Shown: positions 51,420 to 64,000 of the stretch, piece after piece
How the letters are laid out: every line of letters starts with the position of its first letter
Position numbering within the stretch: position 1 is the first letter of the stretch
Source: Escherichia coli
Lineage (GTDB): Bacteria > Pseudomonadota > Gammaproteobacteria > Enterobacterales > Enterobacteriaceae
DNA: 64,000 bases
Assembly: GCF_003019035.1 (NCBI RefSeq)
Contig: NZ_CP027447.1
Reading direction: 5' to 3' (one strand)
Notes under the pieces: generated by a model
Told to the model about the DNA's origin: nothing
Seen by the model: the letters and a program-made list of their open reading frames with translations, nothing else
The model's database searches: none
Made by a program: the position numbers and the translations under genes

Positions 51420-52319
51420 ATGACTCTTACCCAAATAAATTCTTTACTCGCCGTGCTGGATTACGGTGGCTTTACTGAAGCCAGCAAGCGATTGTTCATG
51501 ACGCAGTCGGCGGTAAGTCAGGCAATTGCTGCCCTCGAACAAGAACTTGGCGTGAATATACTGTTACGCGATCGCCGTAAAGCTATACAACTGACCTCTG
51601 CAGGTCACCGCATTATGCATCATCTGCGCGCCATTAATCGGGAAGTGAACGCAGTAAAAGAGATAGCCGAGCAGGAAAAGCAGAACCCTCAAAGAACGCT
51701 GAGACTTGGTTGTTTCCCCAGCGTCTGCGCCTGTATCTTACCGGCTGTGATTCGCTACTTTGAAATTCATCATCCGAATATAAAAATTATTCCTTTTGAG
51801 GAAAATAGCACAGCGATTATTGATTCCCTTCAGAATGAATCCATTGATGCCGGTTTTGTTCATTTTCCGGTGAGCGGAATGTACTCCGTGCCCATTTATC
51901 AGGATAAATTCACCGTAGTGTTACCGCCCAACCATGCTCTGGCAAAAAACAGCACTATTACAGTGGAAGAGTTAATGGGTGAACCATTAATTATTAGTAA
52001 AGGACGCTATGAATTAAGCATTATGGCACTATTTAAAGAAAAGAATATTACCCCACAGATAAAATATGAATTTAATCACCCGGATACAGCGATCAGTTTT
52101 ATTCGACAGGGATTAGGCATCGCCTTATTACCAGAGTTAACGCTGAAAACCATTGCAGATGAATTGTGTTCCGTTCCTCTCGAACCAACCTTCTATCGAC
52201 AGATTTCGTTGCTGACTAAAGAAAAGCCGGTAGAAGGCAGTCCACTGTTTTTACTACAAATGTGCACAGAACAATTAGTGGAGAGTGGAAAATTTGATAT
52301 GAGACAGGATGGCGCATGA
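51420..52319 (+). CDS. yfaH: LysR-family transcriptional regulator (full-length counterpart of the K-12 yfaH fragment)
   Basis: 299-aa ORF with N-terminal HTH (FTEASKRLFMTQSAVSQAIAALE) and LysR substrate-binding domain. Confidence 0.8.
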   Translation: MTLTQINSLLAVLDYGGFTEASKRLFMTQSAVSQAIAALEQELGVNILLRDRRKAIQLTSAGHRIMHHLRAINREVNAVKEIAEQEKQNPQRTLRLGCFPSVCACILPAVIRYFEIHHPNIKIIPFEENSTAIIDSLQNESIDAGFVHFPVSGMYSVPIYQDKFTVVLPPNHALAKNSTITVEELMGEPLIISKGRYELSIMALFKEKNITPQIKYEFNHPDTAISFIRQGLGIALLPELTLKTIADELCSVPLEPTFYRQISLLTKEKPVEGSPLFLLQMCTEQLVESGKFDMRQDGA

Positions 52320-52338
52320 ACGCCATCCTGCAGTAGCA

Positions 52339-53415
52339 TTACTCTTTATTAAGGAATTTTACTGCCTTATCAGGGAAATCAGTAAACAGCCCATTTACAC
52401 CCGCTTTGTTATACAGAGCATCATATAACTGATTCACATCAGTAGTGTATTCAGGCAGCTTATCTGACCGCACGGTGTAAGGATGTACTACCAGTTTATT
52501 CTGCTGAGCATCCTGCACCATGCCAGTGAGTTTGATATTACCCGGCTGCGATGTCTCCTCAATCAACATATGGTAATCCGGACCAATACCATCAGCATAT
52601 TCCGCCACCTGTTTCATGGCCCCCGGCGTAAACATCCAGTCGTAGTTGTAATTAACCCAGCTTCCGTCCGGTTGTTTCTGCTGAGTTTCGTTCCAGTCGG
52701 TATAGGCAATCAGCTGTACCAGATTGAGGTCCATGCCCATTTTAGGTTCCAGCTCATTCTTAATACGCTTCAGTTCATCGGCATCAAAACATTGCAAATA
52801 AACTTTGTCGTCCTTATCGGTGTAACCATATTTCTTCAGCACTTCCAGCGTTTTTGCCGCAATATCCTTCCCCTCCTGATGATGGAACCACGGCGCTTTA
52901 ATTTCTGGATAGATACCGATATTTTTCCCGGTAGAGTGATTTAACCCCTGAACAAATTCAATCTCTTCTTCGAAAGTGTGTACCCGGAAGTCAGATTTAC
53001 CCATCGGGAAACGCCCCGGATAAGTCTGTACTTTCTTACCGTTTTCAATATCGAAACCTTCGGTAAATTTCAGTGACTTAATTTCATCGAGCGTGAAATC
53101 TATCGCGTAGTAACGACCGTCTTTGCGCGCCCGATCCGGGAAACGATCGGCAACATCAGTAACACGATCGAGATAATGGTCATGCAGAACAACCAGATGG
53201 TCGTCTTTGGTCATCACCAAATCCTGTTCCAGATAATCCGCTCCCTGCGCATACGCCATCGCTTTTGCTGGCAGCGTATGCTCCGGCAAATATCCACTGG
53301 CACCGCGATGGGCGATGACTATTTTTTCGTTGCTGTCCGCCGCCATTGCACTGCTTCCCATGATCATTCCACTCATCATGATCGCCATGCTAAGGTTTTT
53401 CAGCGTCAATTTCAT
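52339..53415 (-). CDS. glpQ: Periplasmic glycerophosphodiester phosphodiesterase
   Basis: ORF track starts at 53472; the ATG at 53415 gives the canonical 358-aa MKLTLKNLSMAIMMSGMIMGSSAMA... (signal peptide). Confidence 0.93.
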   Translation of the reverse strand: MKLTLKNLSMAIMMSGMIMGSSAMAADSNEKIVIAHRGASGYLPEHTLPAKAMAYAQGADYLEQDLVMTKDDHLVVLHDHYLDRVTDVADRFPDRARKDGRYYAIDFTLDEIKSLKFTEGFDIENGKKVQTYPGRFPMGKSDFRVHTFEEEIEFVQGLNHSTGKNIGIYPEIKAPWFHHQEGKDIAAKTLEVLKKYGYTDKDDKVYLQCFDADELKRIKNELEPKMGMDLNLVQLIAYTDWNETQQKQPDGSWVNYNYDWMFTPGAMKQVAEYADGIGPDYHMLIEETSQPGNIKLTGMVQDAQQNKLVVHPYTVRSDKLPEYTTDVNQLYDALYNKAGVNGLFTDFPDKAVKFLNKE

Positions 53416-53419
53416 GCCA

Positions 53420-54778
53420 TTAGCCTCCGTTGCGTTTTTGCAGTAATTCCTGATGGCGACGTTTTTCGCCAATCATCACAACAATCAACAAGATAACCGC
53501 CAGAATGCTGCCGCCAATCATTACCATAAAGCCGCCATCCCAGCCGAAGAAGTCCACGGTGTAGCCAACAATCGCGCTCGCCGCCACCGAACCGCCCAGG
53601 TAACCAAACAGCCCGGTAAAGCCCGCTGCCGTACCTGCCGCTTTTTTCGGTGCCAGTTCCAGCGCATGCAGACCGATCAGCATCACAGGGCCGTAGATCA
53701 GGAAGCCGATAACAATCATACAAATCATATCTACGGTTGGGTTACCTGCCGGGTTCATCCAGTAAACGATAGTCGCGATGGTCACCAGTGTCATAAAGAA
53801 GACGCCGGTGGCCCCACGGTTGCCACGGAAGACTTTATCCGACATCCAGCCGCACAGCAGGGTGCCCGGAATGCCCGCATACTCATAGAAGAAGTAGGCC
53901 CAGGAGGATTTATCCAGCGCGAAGTGTTTCACCTCTTTCAGATAAGTCGGTGACCAGTCGAGGATGCCGTAACGCAGCAGATAAACGAACACGTTGGCGA
54001 TAGCGATGTACCACAGCAGTTTGTTCGGCAGCACGTACTGCATGAAGATTTGCTTCGCCGTCAGCTCCTGTTCCGCTTTTTCGTTATAGTCGTCCGGATA
54101 ATCATTTTTGTACTCTTCGATCGGCGGCAGGCCACAGGATTGCGGGGTATCGCGCATCATCGCAAAGGCGAACAGTGCCACCAGAATGGCGCAGAAAGCG
54201 GGCATATAGAGCGCCGCGTGCCAGTCATTGAACCAGGCCATCCCCAGCAGGAACAGCAGCGGCGGAATACCACCACCGACGTTGTGCGCACAGTTCCACA
54301 CTGACACAATGCCGCCACGTTCTTTCTGCGACCACCAGTGCACCATAGTACGACCGCACGGCGGCCATCCCATCCCCTGGAACCAACCGCAGAGGAACAA
54401 CAGTACAAACATCACCGCGATGCTCGACGTCGCCCACGGCACAAAGCCCATAAACAACATCACTGCCGCCGCCAGAATCAAACCTGCGGGCAGGAAAACG
54501 CGCGGATTCGAGCGATCCGATACCGAACCCATGATGAATTTCGAAAATCCATAAGCAATCGAGATCCCCGAAAGGGCAAAACCTAAATCACCGCGTGAGA
54601 ATCCCTGCTCAACCAGATAAGGCATAGCGAGCGCAAAGTTCTTACGAACCAAATAGTAAGCAGCATAGCCAAAGAATATCCCCAGGAAAATTTGCCAGCG
54701 CAATCGACGATAAGTCGGATCGATCTCCGCGGCAGGTAAGCGCGCTTTGTGTGGCGCTGGTTTAAAAATACTCAACAT
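53420..54778 (-). CDS. glpT: Glycerol-3-phosphate:phosphate antiporter
   Basis: 452-aa [37 protein letters not shown]... Confidence 0.95.
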   Translation of the reverse strand: MLSIFKPAPHKARLPAAEIDPTYRRLRWQIFLGIFFGYAAYYLVRKNFALAMPYLVEQGFSRGDLGFALSGISIAYGFSKFIMGSVSDRSNPRVFLPAGLILAAAVMLFMGFVPWATSSIAVMFVLLFLCGWFQGMGWPPCGRTMVHWWSQKERGGIVSVWNCAHNVGGGIPPLLFLLGMAWFNDWHAALYMPAFCAILVALFAFAMMRDTPQSCGLPPIEEYKNDYPDDYNEKAEQELTAKQIFMQYVLPNKLLWYIAIANVFVYLLRYGILDWSPTYLKEVKHFALDKSSWAYFFYEYAGIPGTLLCGWMSDKVFRGNRGATGVFFMTLVTIATIVYWMNPAGNPTVDMICMIVIGFLIYGPVMLIGLHALELAPKKAAGTAAGFTGLFGYLGGSVAASAIVGYTVDFFGWDGGFMVMIGGSILAVILLIVVMIGEKRRHQELLQKRNGG

Positions 54779-55050
54779 TGATAGCCTCCGTGGCCCGTGG
54801 TCTTATTTATGATTAACAGCCTGATTCAGTGGGAGAACCTGCCGTTTCTTGAGTTGCCGCGATGTTAAGAAAACATTCATAAATTAAATGTGAATTACCG
54901 CACACATTATTAAATACGATGGTTTAAATGTTCAGAATGACGCATGAAATCACGTTTCACTTTCGAATTGTGAGCGAATATGCGCGAAATCAAACAATTC
55001 ATGTTTTTACTATGGCTAAATGGTAAAAAACGAACTTCAGAGGGATAACA
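54779..55050. promoter_or_regulatory. Divergent glpTQ / glpACB control region
   Basis: Intergenic between divergent operons; contains a CRP-like site and repeated aATGTTC / TTTCGAA-like half-sites consistent with GlpR operators. Confidence 0.7.
54889..54904. promoter_or_regulatory. CRP-binding site
   Basis: TGTGAattaccGCACA matches TGTGA-N6-TCACA at 9 of 10 half-site positions. Confidence 0.65.
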
Positions 55051-59115
<4,065 letters not shown>

Positions 59116-59128
59116 ACTCCTTTCTGAT

Positions 59129-59162
59129 GCCCGGTAAGCATGTTGTTACCGGGCATTTTTGC
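59129..59162 (+). terminator. Rho-independent terminator of glpACB
   Basis: GCCCGGTAAgcatgttgTTACCGGGC hairpin followed by ATTTTTG. Confidence 0.8.
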
Positions 59163-59307
59163 GTACACGATTCCGTGCCCAATGTATACGTTGCAACGCA
59201 GTGAAAATTCCTCTGAAAACGTCTCGCAAAGGCTGAAACTGGCAGATGTCAAAGGCCCGGGATAACCGTAATGTCGCGTCATCATAAATATCAGGTGACG
59301 GACAACC

Positions 59308-60222
59308 ATGACCGAATCAACAACCTCCTCCCCGCATGATGCGGTATTTAAAACCTTTATGTTCACACCCGAAACCGCACGGGATTTTCTGGAAATACAT
59401 CTACCAGAGCCGCTGCGCAAGCTTTGCAACCTGCAAACCTTACGCCTGGAACCCACCAGTTTTATTGAAAAAAGTTTACGCGCTTACTACTCGGATGTTT
59501 TGTGGTCTGTGGAAACCAGCGACGGTGACGGCTATATCTACTGCGTGATTGAACATCAAAGCTCTGCAGAAAAGAATATGGCTTTTCGGCTAATGCGCTA
59601 TGCCACTGCCGCCATGCAACGTCATCTGGACAAAGGCTATGACAGAGTCCCGCTGGTGGTACCATTGCTGTTTTATCATGGCGAAACCTCGCCCTACCCG
59701 TACTCACTCAACTGGCTGGATGAGTTTGACGATCCGCAACTTGCCCGGCAGTTGTACACCGAAGCTTTTCCGTTGGTGGATATCACCATCGTACCTGACG
59801 ATGAGATCATGCAACATCGGCGTATAGCTCTGCTGGAACTGATTCAAAAGCATATTCGCGACCGCGATTTAATCGGTATGGTCGACAGGATCACCACGCT
59901 TTTGGTTAGAGGCTTCACTAATGACAGCCAGCTACAAACACTGTTTAATTATCTGCTGCAATGCGGCGATACCTCCCGTTTCACCCGTTTTATTCAGGAG
60001 ATTGCCGAACGTTCACCACTACAAAAGGAGAGATTAATGACTATTGCTGAACGGCTACGGCAGGAAGGACATCAAATTGGCTGGCAGGAGGGTAAATTAG
60101 AAGGCATGCATGAACAAGCCATTAAAATTGCCTTGCGCATGCTGGAACAGGGCATTGATCGTGACCAGGTGCTCGCGGCCACTCAGCTAAGCGAAGCCGA
60201 TCTGGCAGCGAATAACCACTAA
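59308..60222 (+). CDS. yfaD: Rpn-family recombination-promoting nuclease / putative transposase (YfaD/RpnE)
   Basis: 304-aa [39 protein letters not shown]... (Rpn/YhgA-like N-terminus). Confidence 0.85.
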   Translation: MTESTTSSPHDAVFKTFMFTPETARDFLEIHLPEPLRKLCNLQTLRLEPTSFIEKSLRAYYSDVLWSVETSDGDGYIYCVIEHQSSAEKNMAFRLMRYATAAMQRHLDKGYDRVPLVVPLLFYHGETSPYPYSLNWLDEFDDPQLARQLYTEAFPLVDITIVPDDEIMQHRRIALLELIQKHIRDRDLIGMVDRITTLLVRGFTNDSQLQTLFNYLLQCGDTSRFTRFIQEIAERSPLQKERLMTIAERLRQEGHQIGWQEGKLEGMHEQAIKIALRMLEQGIDRDQVLAATQLSEADLAANNH

Positions 60223-60262
60223 TTAACACAGGCCCACAGCCGATCCCCATGGGCCTTTGATA

Positions 60263-61066
60263 TCAATAACTACCTTTTACGCGTGGCCCATTTTTGCCTG
60301 ATTCAAACATCGCCAGTCGTTGATCCAGGGCATCGCTGTAGAGCATCGTGTCAACGCCAACAGCGACAAAGTTCGCTCCCCACGCCAGGCATTGCTGCGC
60401 CATATCAGGAGCCACAGCCAGAAAACCAGCAGCTTTACCCGCAGCACGGATCCGCCGAATACTGGTTTCAATAATTCGCTGCACTTCCGGGTGCCCGGCG
60501 TTATCCGGGTAGCCCAACGACGCAGAAAGATCCGCAGGTCCAATAAACACGCCATCAATCCCTTCGACGTCGAGGATTTCGTCCAGGTTATCCAGTGCCG
60601 TCTTACTTTCCACCTGCACCAACAGACAAAGCGAATCGTTGACGTGCGCCATGTAATTCTCAATGCGTCCCCAGCGAGCAGCCCGTGCCACACTGGCCCC
60701 AACACCACGCTCACCGTAGGGAGGATAGCGCGTGGCAGACACCACCTGACGTGCCTGATCGGCAGTATCGACCATCGGGATCAGTAGAGTTTGCGCGCCA
60801 ATATCCAGGACTTGTTTAATCAGCGACTTACTGGCTTCCACCGGACGGATCACGGGTTGGCTGGCATAGGGCGCTACCGCCTGTAGCTGGTGATAAAGAT
60901 CCTGAATGGTGTTTGGCGCGTGCTCCCCGTCAATCAGCAACCAGTCATAACCGGAGGTGGCGGCAATTTCTGCCATATAAGAAGTAGTCGAGCTTAACCA
61001 CAGACCAATTTGCACTTCGCCCTTGCGTAAACGTTCTTTAAAGGGATTGCTTAATAATGCGTTCAT
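60263..61066 (-). CDS. rhmA: 2-keto-3-deoxy-L-rhamnonate aldolase
   Basis: ORF track over-extends to 61369; the ATG at 61066 gives the canonical 267-aa [26 protein letters not shown]... (HpcH/HpaI aldolase family). Confidence 0.92.
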   Translation of the reverse strand: MNALLSNPFKERLRKGEVQIGLWLSSTTSYMAEIAATSGYDWLLIDGEHAPNTIQDLYHQLQAVAPYASQPVIRPVEASKSLIKQVLDIGAQTLLIPMVDTADQARQVVSATRYPPYGERGVGASVARAARWGRIENYMAHVNDSLCLLVQVESKTALDNLDEILDVEGIDGVFIGPADLSASLGYPDNAGHPEVQRIIETSIRRIRAAGKAAGFLAVAPDMAQQCLAWGANFVAVGVDTMLYSDALDQRLAMFESGKNGPRVKGSY

Positions 61067-61083
61067 CGTGTTCCTTAACCTAT

Positions 61084-62373
61084 TTAATGATGTGCCACGT
61101 CGGTCTGCGCAACAGTGCGATTTACACGCAGAGTGAAAATAATCAGCGAACCGATGACCGCCACCGCTGCCAGCGTCAGTAATCCCGCCGCATCGCTGGA
61201 AAATAACGTTTCTGCTTTCACGCGCAGGATCGGGGCAATAAACCCGCCCACTGCACCAAACAGGTTTACAAAACCAATCCCCGCAGCCAGCGCCGTACCG
61301 GAAAGCAGTTGTGTCGGCATCGTCCAGAACACCGGCTGCACGGCAATAAACCCGATGGCTGCAACACACAGCGCTACGATCGCCAGTACTGGAGAAAGCA
61401 GCCCGGACAGACCAATACCAATGCCCGCCGCCAGTAATGTCAGCGCTGCGACATTACGCCGTTCGCCGGTTTTATCGGAATAGCGCGGAATAAGCCAGGT
61501 TCCAAACAAGGCCGCAACCCACGGAATGGCGGTGACCACCGACGCCGTAAAGCCCACTTTTGTCCCCAGCAATGCAGCAACCTGGGTCGGCAGGAAGAAA
61601 ATTAATCCGTAAACCGCTACCTGAATGGTCAGGTAGATAATCGCCAGTTGCCAGACTCGCCCATTACGCAGCGCATCGCTCAGTCGGGAAGTCACTTTCT
61701 GTTGTTCTTCACTTGCCAGTTGGTTGATAAGCAACGTTTTTTCTTCTTTACTCAGAAAACGTGCCTGCTCCGGTGTGTCATCAAGCCAAAAGAATGTGAA
61801 TACCCCAGCGCCGACTGCCAACAATCCTTCAATAACAAACATCCAGAACCAGCCGGGATGCCCCATAAATCCATGCATCTCCAGCAGCGCGCCAGAAAGC
61901 GGTGATCCCAGTGTTAACGCCAGCGGTGCGCCCATATAGAACAGCCCCATAATGCTGGCGCGATTACGCTGCGGAAACCATTGCGAGGTGAGATAAATCA
62001 TACCAGGGAAAAACCCAGCCTCCGCAGCACCAAGCAGAGTGCGAACAATCAGAAATTTCGCTTCAGTATCGGCCCATGCCATGGCAGCCGAAAGAAATCC
62101 CCACAGCAGTGTTGTCGTACCAATCCAGGTTCTTGCCCCCAGTTTGCGCATCAAAAGATTCGCCGGAACCCCCAGAAACGCGTATACCACAAAGAAAATG
62201 CCTGCTCCCAGCGCATAAGCTTCATTACTCAGCCCGGTATCAATCTGGTAGGTCTGTTTGGCAAAACCAATATTCGAACGGTCGAGAAACGCCAGCACAT
62301 ACAGCGCCAACATAAACGGAATTAAACGCGCGCGGTTTTTCTTCACCACGGCGTCAAGCAAAGCGGTGCTCAT
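61084..62373 (-). CDS. rhmT: L-rhamnonate MFS transporter
   Basis: ORF track starts at 62412; the ATG at 62373 with AAGGAG Shine-Dalgarno gives 429 aa [22 protein letters not shown]... Confidence 0.9.
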   Translation of the reverse strand: MSTALLDAVVKKNRARLIPFMLALYVLAFLDRSNIGFAKQTYQIDTGLSNEAYALGAGIFFVVYAFLGVPANLLMRKLGARTWIGTTTLLWGFLSAAMAWADTEAKFLIVRTLLGAAEAGFFPGMIYLTSQWFPQRNRASIMGLFYMGAPLALTLGSPLSGALLEMHGFMGHPGWFWMFVIEGLLAVGAGVFTFFWLDDTPEQARFLSKEEKTLLINQLASEEQQKVTSRLSDALRNGRVWQLAIIYLTIQVAVYGLIFFLPTQVAALLGTKVGFTASVVTAIPWVAALFGTWLIPRYSDKTGERRNVAALTLLAAGIGIGLSGLLSPVLAIVALCVAAIGFIAVQPVFWTMPTQLLSGTALAAGIGFVNLFGAVGGFIAPILRVKAETLFSSDAAGLLTLAAVAVIGSLIIFTLRVNRTVAQTDVAHH

Positions 62374-62429
62374 AAAAAGCTCCTTAGAATATGTGGGCGT
62401 TACCGTTGTCACAGCAACGCCCGGAGTGA

Positions 62430-63635
62430 TTAGTGGCTGTAGGGGCGTTTCAAATTGCAGTCACGATTGAGTTCGACGCCGAAACCGGGTTTATCAAGCA
62501 CTGATTTATGAATACGACCATTCACCGGAACCGGCTCATTAAGCAGAATCGGATCAAATTGCGGACGCATCGTTGAACAATCCGGGCTGGTCATCAGGAA
62601 TTCACTGAATGGCGTATTGGTGAAGGTGATCACCGCATGGTGGGAGTAAACAGACGAACCGTGCGGCACCACCAGTTGCCCTCTGGATTTGGCGATTGCG
62701 GCAATTTCCACCAGCGTGGTTAAGCCACCGCACCAGCCAACATCCGGCTGCATAATGTCGATACCGGTTTCTGAAAGCGTACGGAAAGATTGCAATGTGC
62801 CGTGGTGCTCACCGCTGGTGACCATCATCCCCGCTGGTGCGTTGCGTTTCAGTTCGCGATAACCTTCATACTGCTGTGGCGGCAGGCACTCTTCGATCCA
62901 TTTCAGGTTATAGGGCGCGCAAGCGTGGGCCAGTTTGGTGGCATAGTTCACGTCCTGACTCATCCAGCAGTCGAGCATTAACCAGAAATCCTCACCGCAT
63001 TTTTCACGCATATCCGCGACCATAGCGGCATCTTTGCGGATCCCCGCATCGCCATCATGTGGCCCCCAGTGCGTCGGCATTTTGCCACCGATAAAGCCCA
63101 TCTCTTTTGCCAGATCCGGACGCGCACCTGTGGCGTAGAACTGAATCTCATCACGAACCGCGCCGCCTAAAAGTTTATAAACCGGAAGCCCAACCACTTT
63201 GCCGAACAGATCCCACAGAGCCAGATCGACACAGGAAATCGTATTCATCACCAGGCCACCAGAGCCGGAGTAATACAGGGTGGCATTGAGCATTTGATCG
63301 TGGATCAGTTTGATATCACTGACACATTTACCCTCAATGAAACGGTTAAGGTGTTTTTCGACAATAAAACAGCCCATTTCACCGGCTGTCGAAACGGCGA
63401 ATCCGGTCTGGCCGTTTTCTGCTTCGACTTCAACAATCAACGTGCCAAGAACGTTAATGCCAAATGACTGGCGTGACTGCTCATAATCGCGGTATTTACT
63501 CATCGGGGTGGCAATATGATCGTCAATCCAGTGATTCGCCCCCTGGTCGTGATAATCACCGCCGCCAGCGCCTTTTTCTGCTGTCGCACCGCCAGTAAAC
63601 CAGGCGCGAACCTGTTTGATTTTTGGTAGGGTCAT
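62430..63635 (-). CDS. rhmD: L-rhamnonate dehydratase (enolase superfamily)
   Basis: ORF track starts at 63647; the ATG at 63635 is preceded by GGAGAA and gives 401 aa [30 protein letters not shown]... Confidence 0.92.
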   Translation of the reverse strand: MTLPKIKQVRAWFTGGATAEKGAGGGDYHDQGANHWIDDHIATPMSKYRDYEQSRQSFGINVLGTLIVEVEAENGQTGFAVSTAGEMGCFIVEKHLNRFIEGKCVSDIKLIHDQMLNATLYYSGSGGLVMNTISCVDLALWDLFGKVVGLPVYKLLGGAVRDEIQFYATGARPDLAKEMGFIGGKMPTHWGPHDGDAGIRKDAAMVADMREKCGEDFWLMLDCWMSQDVNYATKLAHACAPYNLKWIEECLPPQQYEGYRELKRNAPAGMMVTSGEHHGTLQSFRTLSETGIDIMQPDVGWCGGLTTLVEIAAIAKSRGQLVVPHGSSVYSHHAVITFTNTPFSEFLMTSPDCSTMRPQFDPILLNEPVPVNGRIHKSVLDKPGFGVELNRDCNLKRPYSH

Positions 63636-63649
63636 GCTGTTCTCCATTG

Positions 63650-64000
63650 TTATGAGGCCTGTAAGTCAAAGGGACTTTTCCATCCCAACAGACGTGAAAT
63701 ATCCCTGGCGCAGGCAATGGCCTTGCCCGCCAGATAATCACGGTATTCTTCATTGATTTGTAAGCGGGTACCGACCACCGAGATCGCAGCGGTAAGCTCG
63801 TTATTGGCGTTAAACACCGGCGCAGCGACACAACGGACATCGGCGTAATCTTCGCCGTTGTCATAGCTCCAGCCCTGACGGCGAATACGCGCCAGTTCTT
63901 CGTGAAGTTGCTGTGGATGAGTAATCGTTGTGGGTGTCGCCTGCTCCCAGATCAGCCCTTCGATAATACTTTGCTGTACAGCTGCAGGTTGCCAGGCAAG
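63650..64000 (-). CDS. rhmR: IclR-family regulator RhmR, C-terminal 116 codons (gene starts beyond window end)
   Basis: Hand translation of the reverse complement of 63650..64000 gives ...[116 protein letters not shown], an IclR effector domain; not present in the ORF track. Confidence 0.85.
   Translation of the reverse strand, partial: LAWQPAAVQQSIIEGLIWEQATPTTITHPQQLHEELARIRRQGWSYDNGEDYADVRCVAAPVFNANNELTAAISVVGTRLQINEEYRDYLAGKAIACARDISRLLGWKSPFDLQAS

Noticed and set aside
63556-63864. 102-aa ORF on the minus strand
   Set aside because: Wrong frame; the same strand in another frame encodes the C-terminus of the IclR regulator RhmR (63650..64000), which has clear family similarity.

Overview
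Enterobacterial (Escherichia coli-type) chromosomal segment, densely coding and collinear with the K-12 region from napA to rhmR: nap (partial), eco, mqo, yojI, alkB-ada, apbE, ompC/micF, rcsDBC, atoSC-atoDAEB, yfaATSQP, gyrA, ubiG, yfaL, nrdAB-yfaE, inaA, glpTQ/glpABC, yfaD (rpnE), rhmRDTA. Gene identities come from reading the supplied translations against well-known E. coli proteins; start codons were re-picked by hand where the ORF track over-extends. The segment is not K-12-like in four places (all K-12 comparisons are from memory, not a database search): (1) a ~3.8 kb AT-rich three-gene islet between gyrA and ubiG (enolase-superfamily dehydratase, MFS sugar-acid-type transporter, divergent GntR regulator) bordered by an ERIC-like repeat; (2) an intact 1539-aa yfaS alpha-2-macroglobulin gene inside a tightly overlapping five-gene yfaA-T-S-Q-P operon; (3) an intact MFS + LysR pair between inaA and glpQ; (4) a divergent ompC allele. 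The islet and the yfaATSQP operon are the best candidates for uncharacterised biology here. No CRISPR array, tRNA, rRNA, integrase, transposase or recognisable defence-system gene was seen. Most other ORFs in the six-frame track are antisense shadows of real genes or REP-repeat artefacts.
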